A stretch of DNA of 48,989 bases from an uncultured bacterium. GTDB taxonomy: Bacteria > Patescibacteriota > Patescibacteriia > Magasanikbacterales > GWA2-37-8. The position numbers and the translations under genes were made by a program. The DNA is taken from assembly GCA_937903605.1 (NCBI GenBank), contig CALCZC010000013.1, positions 1 to 48,989 on the forward strand, read 5' to 3'. The notes below the pieces were generated by a model that was not told the DNA's origin, did not search any database, and was given only the letters and a program-made list of their open reading frames with translations. Shown in pieces: positions 1 through 9,667 of this stretch. The stretch's first letter is position 1, and the number at the start of each line of letters is the position of its first letter.

Positions 1-1
1 C

Positions 2-481
2 CGACCTCTACTTAATGTTGCTTCTATAGTAGGGGTGGATAACAAGTGGGAGATAAGTACCGAAGGGCTACTAACTACAAAAGTTATCACTACCAAAGGG
101 GAAAAGAAATTTTACAATATTACATCTGAAAATGCTGAAATAACTTTGTCCGGAACTAGTACTTTAGAAAACGGAGAAGCCCGAGTAGTGTTTGATACTA
201 GTACCGTTGAAATGATTGACGAAACTTCGCCGATGAAAATCATATTTTCACTTACCTCTCCATGCGATAAAAAAATATATGTAAGTGAGAAAAGTGCCAA
301 AGGTTTTGTTTTAAAAGAGGTTCAAGGAAATGACAGTGGAGTCGGTTTCGATTGGATGGTTTTGGCAAAAAGAAAAGCAAAGGATCCGTTTATTGAAAAT
401 ATTATTAGTGGTGAAACAATTACGACTACAGAAAAACAAACGTCAACATTAGATTTGGTTGTGGAAACTGTAAATTTTTAG
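2..481 (+). CDS. C-terminal fragment of a large, probably surface-exposed protein (5' end outside the window)
   Basis: Frame is open from position 2 (RPLLNVASIVGVDNKW...), upstream of the ORF-track start at 35. The NGEARVVF...IYVSEKSAKGF...FDWMVLAKRK pattern resembles C-terminal modules of large CPR/tail-fibre-like proteins (recalled similarity, not searched). Confidence 0.55.
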   Translation, partial: RPLLNVASIVGVDNKWEISTEGLLTTKVITTKGEKKFYNITSENAEITLSGTSTLENGEARVVFDTSTVEMIDETSPMKIIFSLTSPCDKKIYVSEKSAKGFVLKEVQGNDSGVGFDWMVLAKRKAKDPFIENIISGETITTTEKQTSTLDLVVETVNF

Positions 482-507
482 AATATCCTTAAAGAATATA
501 ATGCTAT

Positions 508-538
508 AAAAAAAATAGGCGCCAAGTAGGCGCCTATT
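508..538 (-). terminator. Rho-independent terminator
   Basis: Perfect stem AATAGGCGCC-aagta-GGCGCCTATT (514-538) with an A-run at 508-515 (U-tract on the minus strand), overlapping the stop of 534..1130. Confidence 0.75.
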
Positions 539-1130
539 GAATTTCCTCAAAAGTTCTTTCTTTGTCTTCAGAAGCTATAAAGAAAATAATTTCGCGGTTA
601 TTGCTTCCTAAGGATAAAGTGTTGGAATTATTGTCAGAATTCAAGGGGAAATAAAATCCAAAAAAAGATTCCCTATAACCTTCGTCTGTCAGTATCATCT
701 CTGTTTCACAGCGACATTCAGTTGGAGTCATATGGAGACGGATTCGTTTTCCATTTTCTTTATCTTTTCCATAATAACCATCGTAGTTGTCATAAAGAAG
801 AGTGCATGGTTGATCACAAAAATCAGCATCAGGGACAATGAAAGCGTCGTCTGTAATTTCTGCATCTTCATCCGACAAGAACTCTTCTGGATTTTCTTCA
901 TCTGGTTTAAGATGTTCTTCAGTGACCACTTCGCTATCATCACTCACAGCGATATTTTCGTTATCGCTATTTTCCGTAACATCCTCAATCTCTTTCTCTT
1001 CACCATTGTCCGGACGAGGATCTTCCTCTACCTGTACCCACTCACCATCAGCATAAACGAAATAATACTTCTCTACATTGGTACAAGCAAAAATCACGAT
1101 AACGATAGCAAAAAAGAATAAGCTCTTCAT
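534..1130 (-). CDS. Acidic hypothetical lipoprotein
   Basis: 198-aa ORF with MKSLFFFAIVIVIFAC lipobox-like signal, an AGGAG SD upstream and a D/E-rich middle. Confidence 0.65.
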   Translation of the reverse strand: MKSLFFFAIVIVIFACTNVEKYYFVYADGEWVQVEEDPRPDNGEEKEIEDVTENSDNENIAVSDDSEVVTEEHLKPDEENPEEFLSDEDAEITDDAFIVPDADFCDQPCTLLYDNYDGYYGKDKENGKRIRLHMTPTECRCETEMILTDEGYRESFFGFYFPLNSDNNSNTLSLGSNNREIIFFIASEDKERTFEEIQ

Positions 1131-1314
1131 AGCTTTCTCCTCTTATGTTGTTAAGGAACTAACAGTATAAAATACTATATTTTTGGGGTATTGTCAAGAT
1201 TATAAATACAAAATCAAAATAATGAAAAATATTAAAATATTAAGATATTAAAATATTATTAATTTATACCCTAGAATAATCAAACAATATTTTAGTATTC
1301 TAATATTATAATAA

Positions 1315-2397
1315 TTAAGAAGATATATGAAAATAAACAGTATCGCCGTCCTGAATAACATAATCTTTTCCTACCAATTTTATCTTTCCGCTTTCTTTGA
1401 GTTTCTCGCCCCAACCGCCAAAGGCAACAAAATCTTTCCAGTCCACCACATCGGCTTTAACGAAACCTTTGATAAAATCCGTATGAATCACCCCGGCTGC
1501 ATCCGGGGCTTTGGTATTGCGTTTTACAGTCCAAGCGCGAGTTTCCGGTTCGCCGGAAGTCAAGAAAGTCACTAAATTGAGAAGTTTATATCCGGCTTTG
1601 ATAAGTCTGTCCAAACCGGTTTCCGTTAACCCGAGAGATTGTAAATATTCTTGCGCTTCTTGCGGACTAAGATCGGCTAATTCAGCCTCCATCTTTGCAC
1701 AAATTTGAATTTGTTGAGTTTTGCCTTCTTCACCCAAAGTAGGTGACGGGGTCGTCGGAACTTCCTCGGTATTTACCACATAAAGCATTGGCTTCATTGT
1801 GAGAAGGTGCAAATCTTTTACAATGGACATTTCTTCTTCATCAAATTCTAAATCTCTAGCTGGCTTTTCCGCTTTGAGTTGCGCGTCAATTTTTTCTAAA
1901 GTAGAAATAGTCTTGGCTAGTTCTTTGGCATTGGCACCTTTGGCGTCTTTTTTTGTGTTACTTAATTTTTTTTCAACCGTTTGCATGTCAGCCAAAATCA
2001 ATTCCAAATTTATTACATCTGCGTCATTTTTCGGATCTATTTTATTGTTGACGTGGATAATGTTGTCGTCTCTAAAAGCGCGCACAACTTGGGCGATAGC
2101 GTCTACTTCTCGGATGTGGGATAAAAATTGGTTTCCCAATCCTTCGCCCTTACTGGCCCCGGCGACTAAGCCGGCAATATCTACAAATTCAATAGTGGTC
2201 GGTACTATTTTTTTTGATTTGGAAACTTCTGCTAGTTTGTTTAGTCTTTCGTCAGGTACCTCAACTACACCGACATTAGGGTCGATGGTACAAAAAGGAT
2301 AGTTTTGTGCGTTAGCTTGTTTACTGCGGGTTAATGCGTTAAACAGCGTGGATTTTCCGACATTGGGTAAGCCAACGATACCGATAGATAAAGACAT
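1315..2397 (-). CDS. ychF: Redox-regulated ribosome-binding ATPase YchF
   Basis: GIVGLPNVGKSTLFNALT, NYPFCTIDPNVG, DIAGLV, APDAAGVIHTDF and YVIQDGD motifs. Confidence 0.97.
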   Translation of the reverse strand: MSLSIGIVGLPNVGKSTLFNALTRSKQANAQNYPFCTIDPNVGVVEVPDERLNKLAEVSKSKKIVPTTIEFVDIAGLVAGASKGEGLGNQFLSHIREVDAIAQVVRAFRDDNIIHVNNKIDPKNDADVINLELILADMQTVEKKLSNTKKDAKGANAKELAKTISTLEKIDAQLKAEKPARDLEFDEEEMSIVKDLHLLTMKPMLYVVNTEEVPTTPSPTLGEEGKTQQIQICAKMEAELADLSPQEAQEYLQSLGLTETGLDRLIKAGYKLLNLVTFLTSGEPETRAWTVKRNTKAPDAAGVIHTDFIKGFVKADVVDWKDFVAFGGWGEKLKESGKIKLVGKDYVIQDGDTVYFHISS

Positions 2398-2513
2398 AAC
2401 GAATTTTAGATTTTTGATTTTAGAATTAAGATTGTTTGGATATTATTAACTAAAAACAGATAAAAAGCAAGCCCGATGAGGTATTTAGTATATAGTATTA
2501 AGTATTAAGTATA

Positions 2514-2542
2514 TTGACAAACAACTTAAAATAGGGCATACT
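2514..2542 (+). promoter_or_regulatory. sigma70 promoter of tRNA-Ala
   Basis: TTGACA (2514-2519), 17-bp spacer, CATACT (2537-2542), 13 bp upstream of the tRNA. Confidence 0.75.
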
Positions 2543-2555
2543 AATAACACAAAAA

Positions 2556-2629
2556 GGGCCTGTAGCGTAGCTGGCTAGCGCGTCTCCATGGCATGGAGAA
2601 GGTCAGGGGTTCGAATCCCCTCAGGTCCA
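2556..2629 (+). tRNA. tRNA-Ala(GGC)
   Basis: Cloverleaf: GGGCCTG/CAGGTCC acceptor with G3:U70, anticodon arm TCTCC-ATGGCAT-GGAGA, T arm AGGGG-TTCGAAT-CCCCT. No encoded CCA. Confidence 0.96.
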
Positions 2630-2630
2630 C

Positions 2631-2657
2631 AAAAAATTCCCTAATGGGAATTTTTTT
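2631..2657. terminator. Bidirectional terminator
   Basis: AAAAAATTCCC-taat-GGGAATTTTTTT between the tRNA and a convergent gene. Confidence 0.8.
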
Positions 2658-2683
2658 AATATTCAGTATTCAGTATTCAATAT

Positions 2684-3886
2684 TTACTTTTCTAATTTGA
2701 ACCTCCAAATTTCTCTCCCGACTTTTTGGTCAGCGCGGGAATAGAGTAAATACGATGCTTTCTTTTCCCCCAAATATAACAATGGTTCGGCTTTGAAGCC
2801 GAGTTTCAAAAGCTCTGTTTCTAAGTTTATACGAAGCCAAGATGACCCTTGTTTGAAACAGGGAACGATAAAAATGACTGTGCCGTTTTTTTTCAAAACT
2901 TTTTTAAATTCGGAAAACGCGCGGACGTAGAGTCCTTTGAGTTCATCAGCTTGATTTTCCAAAATACCGCGTGTCTCATTTCCTTTGAGCGGTTTTCCCA
3001 AAAACGGTTCAGTAACGATTTTGTCTATGCTGTTTAACTGTATATTTTTAGTTAGGTTTTCTACAGGCAAGACGTGATATTGAATGTTAGATATTGGATA
3101 TTGATTGCTGCTTTTTAACCAATCAACGTTCTTTTGAGTGTCTTTTACAGCCCTTTCAGATAGATCAGAAGCAATGGCGTTTTTTACCCCCAAAAGGAGG
3201 GCTTCGGTGAGAATGGTACCAGAACCGCAGAATGGGTCGAGTAACGTGTCAGAAGGGGTAAATTTAGCCAAATTTAGCATCATTAGGGCTAGCTTTGGGG
3301 GCAACATACCACTCAAACTATCTCTACCTGGACGGCCAAAATCCCTAGAACCAAAATCTTCAAAAGGTTGAACAGCTACAGTTTTAGCCAAGGAAAAACC
3401 GGAGTTTTTCCAAATATAAATATATTCACCACCTTTTTTTATCAAATCATTTTTATCAACTGAAACCGAAGAAAGAATCTGTTCATTATTGAAAGCAAAA
3501 CGTACGGATAGTCCCGTTTGTTTTAATATTTTTTTACTTTCCAACCCGATTTTTTTCAAACGATATAAACTTTCATTATTTTTTGGCGAATAATCGCTTA
3601 AACCAAAATGTATTTTACCTGTCTGATTTTTTAAATCATTAACAATAGTTTCTATCATTTCTTTTTGATTTAAATTTTTTCCAAGTTCAACAGCGATTTT
3701 TATTGTTCCACCAAGCTTTTTTATGAGGTTTGTAGCCTCTATTTCTTTGTTGACGAAGAGAAACGGGGTAGCAAAATCGTTTTGTTCAATTTTTTCCAAA
3801 TTTAAAACCGCGCCGATTTCGGCGGCGGATAATTCGGGGTTATTTCCGAGTAAAAACCAATATTTTATAGAATTATTTTTTGACAT
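2684..3886 (-). CDS. Trm11/UPF0020-like RNA methyltransferase
   Basis: RDFGRP...SGMLPPKLA and LLDPFCGSGTIL SAM-binding motif; IVTEPFLG motif IV variant. Confidence 0.8.
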   Translation of the reverse strand: MSKNNSIKYWFLLGNNPELSAAEIGAVLNLEKIEQNDFATPFLFVNKEIEATNLIKKLGGTIKIAVELGKNLNQKEMIETIVNDLKNQTGKIHFGLSDYSPKNNESLYRLKKIGLESKKILKQTGLSVRFAFNNEQILSSVSVDKNDLIKKGGEYIYIWKNSGFSLAKTVAVQPFEDFGSRDFGRPGRDSLSGMLPPKLALMMLNLAKFTPSDTLLDPFCGSGTILTEALLLGVKNAIASDLSERAVKDTQKNVDWLKSSNQYPISNIQYHVLPVENLTKNIQLNSIDKIVTEPFLGKPLKGNETRGILENQADELKGLYVRAFSEFKKVLKKNGTVIFIVPCFKQGSSWLRINLETELLKLGFKAEPLLYLGEKKASYLLYSRADQKVGREIWRFKLEK

Positions 3887-3894
3887 GTCAAAAA

Positions 3895-4314
3895 TTATTC
3901 GGCTGGGCCGGCTGTTTTGATAACAGAAGAAGATAAATCTTTATTTATTTCTAACGGTTGATAAATAATGTTTTCGTATTTCTCATAAAAAAATACATTA
4001 CGTATTTTTGACGGAATTGTCAAGGGGTTCTTTTTATATTCTATCAAGACAGTTGCTTTTTCCAGAGCCGTCATGTCAATATTTTCTATACTAAAACCGG
4101 ATTTATTAACTACGGTTTCGCTGGTTTTATCAAGCAAAGCGTTAGTTTGATAATAACTTAAACGAAGAAAATAAAAAATTGATAAAGACATTAATAAAAA
4201 CGTAAAAAGGACCACAGCTTTCCAAATAAAAATTTCATCTTTATTTTTAACCGTGATTTCGCTGAGATATTTTGCCAGTTTTTTTGTCAAAGGAATTTTT
4301 TTAGGGGTTGACAT
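3895..4314 (-). CDS. Single-TM protein at the end of the pil operon (PilP-position hypothetical)
   Basis: 139 aa, one TM helix, overlaps the end of the PilO-like gene. Confidence 0.55.
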   Translation of the reverse strand: MSTPKKIPLTKKLAKYLSEITVKNKDEIFIWKAVVLFTFLLMSLSIFYFLRLSYYQTNALLDKTSETVVNKSGFSIENIDMTALEKATVLIEYKKNPLTIPSKIRNVFFYEKYENIIYQPLEINKDLSSSVIKTAGPAE

Positions 4315-4846
4315 ATAATTTTATGCTTAAACGTAAGTCGGATTTTGAATTTTCCGAAGATTCCGGATTGGCAAGATCGTAAATTGGGTTAAAATCCAAA
4401 GAAGTTATTTGTAAAAAATAATTATAATTTTCCAAGTCTGCCAAACACTTTAAAACATCGGGATATTTCCCAGTAAAGCGCAAGCTCATGACAATTGTGT
4501 TGTTGGTTATCTTGTCCAAGTTCGATGACTCTATTTTTAGAGCAGATTGATTTTTGATAGCGATTTTTTCTAAATCGGTTATTAGATCCAATTCTTTTCC
4601 TGGGCTGAATAAATATTGTTTATAATCACTCATGGTAACTTTGGTATAGCGAACCTGGTCAAGGACTTCTTTGAGGTTTTGTGAACCGCGACTTTTTTCT
4701 TCCATTTCTTGAATATAATTTCTAATCTCTTTGTCTTTTGCCCTAATCATGGTTTCCATTTTGAAGACACCGAAAGCAACGATTCCGTCCAAAAGAATAA
4801 AGAGAAAAATAAGTAATTTTATTTGTTTGAGAAAATTTTTATTCAT
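4301..4846 (-). CDS. pilO: Type IV pilus assembly protein PilO-like
   Basis: N-terminal TM, coiled coil and SLRFTGKYPDVLKCLADLEN ferredoxin-like fold pattern; follows pilN. Confidence 0.7.
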   Translation of the reverse strand: MNKNFLKQIKLLIFLFILLDGIVAFGVFKMETMIRAKDKEIRNYIQEMEEKSRGSQNLKEVLDQVRYTKVTMSDYKQYLFSPGKELDLITDLEKIAIKNQSALKIESSNLDKITNNTIVMSLRFTGKYPDVLKCLADLENYNYFLQITSLDFNPIYDLANPESSENSKSDLRLSIKLYVNP

Positions 4847-4849
4847 ATA

Positions 4850-5377
4850 TTAATGCAATTCAAGCCCGATATTAAAAGAAATATTTTCTTTTTGTAATAA
4901 TTGCGATTTTGGTATATCTACATTTTTAATCCAAGGTATATTTTTCAAGATTGTTTCATAAGCAAGTAACGCGTCTCTGTCTTTGGCAACCCCAGGTAAA
5001 AAAAGAGCTTTTTTGTCCAAATTTAAAGAAAAAGAAGAAATCTTAATATTAGAAGGCGCGGTTTGGAGTAAATCTAGAAACTTCGGAGTAAGTTCTTGAT
5101 AATCTTGTCCAGCGACATTTATATTTTGTATGCTTTGATTAAGCTGACGAATTTCTTTGTTGTATTCCACAAAACTATTATCAACCAAAGATTTGCTTTG
5201 ATTGAGATTGTTAAGTTGTTGGTTGAGATTGTAATAAAAAATAGTTAAAAAACAAAGAAAAATCAAAAGCAAATAAAAAGAATTGCTTAAAAAATTCTTT
5301 ATCAGATTTATTCTGGTCAAGATTGCTAGTTCTTTCTTTTTATTTTTTGGCAATAAATTTAAATTGAGAATCATCAT
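4850..5377 (-). CDS. pilN: Type IV pilus assembly protein PilN-like
   Basis: N-terminal INLLP-type motif (LNLNLLP), TM helix, coiled coil and GVAKDRDALLAY; follows pilM. Confidence 0.8.
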   Translation of the reverse strand: MMILNLNLLPKNKKKELAILTRINLIKNFLSNSFYLLLIFLCFLTIFYYNLNQQLNNLNQSKSLVDNSFVEYNKEIRQLNQSIQNINVAGQDYQELTPKFLDLLQTAPSNIKISSFSLNLDKKALFLPGVAKDRDALLAYETILKNIPWIKNVDIPKSQLLQKENISFNIGLELH

Positions 5378-5381
5378 AAAT

Positions 5382-6485
5382 TTAATTTTTGAAATTTTTT
5401 AGTTCTTCACAAGCTCTCAAACCCAGCCCAATGGCCGAGGCGTAAGAAAGCAATTCATAGCGATCGCGACCGATAAGCTTTTCATTATAAATATTCTTCC
5501 AGGCGTTTCCTGGATACGCGCCAACCGCTAGTTTTTTGGTAATAATTTTATCTAGATTTTTTAAAGAGGAAACACCGCCGGACATAGTAATGTGAGTTAC
5601 CGGATTTGGTTCTGGGAAATGATTTTGATAATAATTAACAGTGCGAAAAATGTCGGAAAGAAGTTTTTCAATAAGTTCGCTAATAGTTTTTAAATAGAGA
5701 GGGTAGGCCGGATCATAAGTTAGTCCGTTTTTAATTTTTAAATTTTCAGCGGTTGTCCGATCTATTTTTAGAGACTGCATCAGAGCGGTATCGATAAGAT
5801 CGCCGGAAAAATTTATTCCTTGGCTGAATTGGATACTGCCTTTGTCATAAATGATGATGGTTGATCGAGAAGCTCCTAGATCTAGTATAGCCCGCGCTTC
5901 GCCCATATAAGTTTTATTTCCGGTGATCATGGCACGAGCAATTGAAAGATCTTCAACTTCCGTGGCGATAGGACTTAGCCCGATACTATCCAAAACACTA
6001 AAATAAGAATCAGCGATGATTTTAGGAACAGCTCCGATAAGAACTTTTGCACTAACAGCTTCTTCATCTTCTAGATTTATGATTTGCCAGTCAAGATAAG
6101 TTTCTTTGATATCAAAAGGTACATGGTTAACAGCTTCCAATTTTACATCTTCTTCAGTGAGTTGTAGTGGTGGAGTTTTGATTTCTATTAATTTTAAAAA
6201 TGTTTTAGTAACCGGTAAATCAAAAACCACCCAAGGAGTACTGATTTTTTTAAATTCATTTCCTTCATACCCCAACAGATGAAGAATTTTTTGTTTTATT
6301 GCTTCCGGTTGTAAGATTTCTCCCATTGCAATACAGCCCGGCAAAAGATCGACTTTGCGTAGGTGTTTGAGTTCGTAGGTAGGACGACCGCGCAAATTGA
6401 ATTTTTTGAGAATTTGCACTAATTTAATTGAGGAATCCCCAAAATCCAAACCAAAAGCGCCGTAAAAAGGATTGTTGATAAGCAT
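5382..6485 (-). CDS. pilM: Type IV pilus assembly protein PilM
   Basis: FGLDFGDSSIKLV, ILDLGASRS, ITMSGGVS and YASAIGLGLR actin-like motifs. Confidence 0.92.
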   Translation of the reverse strand: MLINNPFYGAFGLDFGDSSIKLVQILKKFNLRGRPTYELKHLRKVDLLPGCIAMGEILQPEAIKQKILHLLGYEGNEFKKISTPWVVFDLPVTKTFLKLIEIKTPPLQLTEEDVKLEAVNHVPFDIKETYLDWQIINLEDEEAVSAKVLIGAVPKIIADSYFSVLDSIGLSPIATEVEDLSIARAMITGNKTYMGEARAILDLGASRSTIIIYDKGSIQFSQGINFSGDLIDTALMQSLKIDRTTAENLKIKNGLTYDPAYPLYLKTISELIEKLLSDIFRTVNYYQNHFPEPNPVTHITMSGGVSSLKNLDKIITKKLAVGAYPGNAWKNIYNEKLIGRDRYELLSYASAIGLGLRACEELKNFKN

Positions 6486-6489
6486 AATA

Positions 6490-7590
6490 TTAAATATTTT
6501 GGGTTAAGGAATACATAGGCATTATTACCGCCACGGCTACACCCGCGACACCCAAGCCTAGAATCAAAATTATTATCGGTTCTATCACAGAAGTAAAATT
6601 GGACATAGTTTCATTGACTTCAGTGTTGTAATATTCCGATAATTCGTTGAGCATTTGTTCAATATTGCCGGTTTGTTCACCAACCATAATCATTTCTGTA
6701 ACCATGGGGGGAAACACTTCCGGATGACGAGAAAGAACCTCGGAGAGATTTATCCCTTTTTTTAGAGATTCAGAAGCTTCTTTTAATTTTTCTTTATAAA
6801 TAACATTACCCAAAACTTCTGACGAAATTCTAACCGCTTCTATAATAGGTATTGTGCTATTGAGCAGAGAACACAGAGTTAAAGTAAAATTGGCTAAATT
6901 AATTTTTTTGATAATAATTCCAAAGATCGGTAGTTTTAAACGCAGTGCGTGCATAGCTTTTTTGAAAGAATAAATCTTCATCGCGCGTAAATAAGCATAG
7001 ACAAACAAAACTGCGAAAATAATAATCAAATACCAATAATTCTGCATAAAATGAGTAATAAAAATCAGAATTCGCGTAGCCAAAGGTAATTCGGTTTGAG
7101 TTTCTTCAAACAAAACCAAGAGTTTTGGAAATATATAAAGTACGACAAAAAAAGCGATACCGACCATGACGGCAAAAATAACCGCCGGATAAATCATCGC
7201 ACCGCGAACTTTACTCATGAGCTCGTGAGATTTTTTCATTTGCGAAGATACTTCAGTCAAAGCTTCTTCAAGTTTTCCGGCTACTTCACCGGCAGCGATC
7301 ATACTGACATAAACAGGTGGAAAAACTTTTGGGTATTTGGCCAGAGCCACACTCAACTGCTGACCCTTTTCAACTTCCGCTTTGATTTCGGCGATAATAA
7401 GTTTTAGTTTTTTATTTTCACTTTCTTCACTGAGAATTTTCAAAGAGGTGATGATAGAAAGTCCGGCTTTGGTCATGATCTGTAGATGATGTACAAACAT
7501 CATCTTGTCAACAAAAGAGATGCGAGTTAAATAGCGAGAAAAGAAATCGTTAATTTTTTGTTCCAAAGGTGAAAGTTTTTTTGCCTCCAT
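6490..7590 (-). CDS. pilC: Type IV pilus inner-membrane platform protein PilC (GspF family)
   Basis: Two T2SSF repeats: AGEVAGKLEE, AMIYP, VGEQTG, IEPIIIL. Confidence 0.93.
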   Translation of the reverse strand: MEAKKLSPLEQKINDFFSRYLTRISFVDKMMFVHHLQIMTKAGLSIITSLKILSEESENKKLKLIIAEIKAEVEKGQQLSVALAKYPKVFPPVYVSMIAAGEVAGKLEEALTEVSSQMKKSHELMSKVRGAMIYPAVIFAVMVGIAFFVVLYIFPKLLVLFEETQTELPLATRILIFITHFMQNYWYLIIIFAVLFVYAYLRAMKIYSFKKAMHALRLKLPIFGIIIKKINLANFTLTLCSLLNSTIPIIEAVRISSEVLGNVIYKEKLKEASESLKKGINLSEVLSRHPEVFPPMVTEMIMVGEQTGNIEQMLNELSEYYNTEVNETMSNFTSVIEPIIILILGLGVAGVAVAVIMPMYSLTQNI

Positions 7591-7694
7591 ACAAAAACAT
7601 TTAAAAGATTGAAAGATTGAAAAGATTTAAAGATTATTAAAATCGGAATAATTTTTTAAATCTTTTAAATTTCTTAAATTTTTTTAATTTAATT

Positions 7695-9425
7695 TTACTC
7701 TTTCGTTACCCTGAGTATTTCTGAAATAGTAGTTGTGCCCATTTTGGCTTTTATAAGACCATCTTCACTCATCGTAATCATGCCATTTTTACGCGCCGTG
7801 TCTTTGAGTGTATTGGCATCGGCATGTTCATTGATTTTGTGAATTATTTCTTGATTAACTTCCAAAACTTCATAAATACCTACACGTCCTTTGAAGCCGG
7901 AGTTGTTACATCTAGAACACCCGTCACCTTTATAAAAGACCATTTCTTCCAAGTTTTTTTCTCCTTCTTTAAGTAGGTTGTTTTCTTTCAAAATGGTAGT
8001 AATTCTTTCCGCATCAAAAGCTTTGAGTAGCGCATCAATAGAAGCGCGGTCAAGCTTATATTCTTTTTTGCAATATTGGCAAATTTTACGCACCAAACGT
8101 TGAGCCATCACAATGTTGGTGGTATAGGAAACCAAAAAAGGAGGAACGCCCATGTCGGTCAAACGGGGAATAGTAGTCGGAGCGTCGTTGGTGTGTAAAG
8201 TAGAAAGTACTAAGTGTCCGGTCATGGCGGCATGTACGGCAATTTCCGCAGTTTCTTGATCACGAATTTCCCCAACCATGATAATGTTTGGATCTTGACG
8301 CAAAAAAGCGCGCAGACCGGTGGCAAAAGTAAAACCAACTTTGGGATTTATCTGACTCTGATTGATCCCTTGGATACGGTACTCAATAGGATCTTCAATG
8401 GTGGAGATGTTTACACCGGGTTGATTCAAAATACCAAGCACTGAATATAGGGTGGTGGTTTTTCCAGAACCGGTCGGACCAGTAACCAAGATCATACCGT
8501 TTGGTTTTTTGATAGCGTTTTCCACGACTTTTTTGACACTGGGTAAAAAACCGAGTTGTTCCAGGGTTAGAGGCTTGGCTCCTTCAGGCAAAAGACGCAT
8601 AACTATTTTTTCCCCGTCATAAACCGGAATTATAGAAACACGAAAAGCCATTTTTTCACTTTGGGTTTGGATTTTGAAGCGGCCATCTTGCGGAATCATA
8701 TGCTCGTCAATCTTGAGGTTAGCCAAGATTTTTATCCTAGCCACAATACCGCTCTGGAAATTTTTTGGTAAATTCATGACCAGTTTTAAAATACCATCAA
8801 TGCGGTAGCGAATCGCCAGCTCTTTTTCATTGGGCTCTATGTGAATATCGGAAGCTCCTTCATAAACAGCATGCTCCAAAATACTACCGACAATGTTGAT
8901 AATAGGTAATTCTTCAGCGGCTTTTTTGAGATCACCGGTATCGTCTTCATCCTCTTTTTCTTGAATAATTTTCATTTCTTCTTCCAATCCTACATGATAG
9001 CGGTGTAGGGCGTCTTTAAGATCGGAAAAAGTAGTAATATGAATTTTTGGTTCCAAACCTATTTTACGACGAATAAATTCCGCAGTTTGTAAATCAGTCG
9101 GATCGGTCATAGCCAAAAATATCTCTTTTTCATTTTTATCAAAAGCTATCACGCTGTTGGCATTGGCTACCGGAGAGGGGATAAGATTTAAAATGTCACG
9201 ACGAATATCGCGGCCTTTTAAAGAAACAAAAGGAACACTCAATATCTCTCCGACTTTATTAAAAAGTACGCTCTCTTCTACTAAATTTTTAGCCAAAAGA
9301 AGTTCAATAAGCGGAGTGTCTGTTTTTTCCGCCTCGGCTCTCAGATTTTTACAAGCATTTGTATCCGGGCCGATTTTGCAACTAATTATTATTTTTTCCA
9401 CGATATTTGCTGGAAGCATAAACAA
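7695..9425 (-). CDS. pilB: Type IV pilus assembly ATPase PilB (GspE family)
   Basis: ASDIHIEP, GPTGSGKTTT, IEDPIEY, LRQDPNIIMVGEIRD, TGHLVLSTLHTN and CxxC...CxxC motifs. Confidence 0.95.
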   Translation of the reverse strand: MFMLPANIVEKIIISCKIGPDTNACKNLRAEAEKTDTPLIELLLAKNLVEESVLFNKVGEILSVPFVSLKGRDIRRDILNLIPSPVANANSVIAFDKNEKEIFLAMTDPTDLQTAEFIRRKIGLEPKIHITTFSDLKDALHRYHVGLEEEMKIIQEKEDEDDTGDLKKAAEELPIINIVGSILEHAVYEGASDIHIEPNEKELAIRYRIDGILKLVMNLPKNFQSGIVARIKILANLKIDEHMIPQDGRFKIQTQSEKMAFRVSIIPVYDGEKIVMRLLPEGAKPLTLEQLGFLPSVKKVVENAIKKPNGMILVTGPTGSGKTTTLYSVLGILNQPGVNISTIEDPIEYRIQGINQSQINPKVGFTFATGLRAFLRQDPNIIMVGEIRDQETAEIAVHAAMTGHLVLSTLHTNDAPTTIPRLTDMGVPPFLVSYTTNIVMAQRLVRKICQYCKKEYKLDRASIDALLKAFDAERITTILKENNLLKEGEKNLEEMVFYKGDGCSRCNNSGFKGRVGIYEVLEVNQEIIHKINEHADANTLKDTARKNGMITMSEDGLIKAKMGTTTISEILRVTKE

Positions 9426-9667
9426 AAAAATAATTTTTTTGATTGATTAATACCAAAAAAAACCGAACAAAGTATCTTTTGGTTGTTCTTGTTTTATTAT
9501 AGCATAAATTTTCAACTGTGGATACCAACTGTAGATAACACGTTCATAGGTGTTGACTAATTTGAAAAATGTGCTAATATTTAGATACTTTAATCAAGTT
9601 TTATATCCCAAACTTTAAACCCCCCATGAAAAGGGTTGGTTTTAAAGGTCTAATTTTATTGTAAATT

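Noticed and set aside
1715-1762. TTPSPTLGEEG loop in YchF as a palindromic DNA insert
   Set aside because: Only a 5-bp stem (TCACC/GGTGA), and it lies in a naturally variable YchF loop with no evident length gain.
9500-9660. Replication origin at the strand switch
   Set aside because: Only two imperfect DnaA boxes, and no dnaA/dnaN or recognisable unwinding element nearby.
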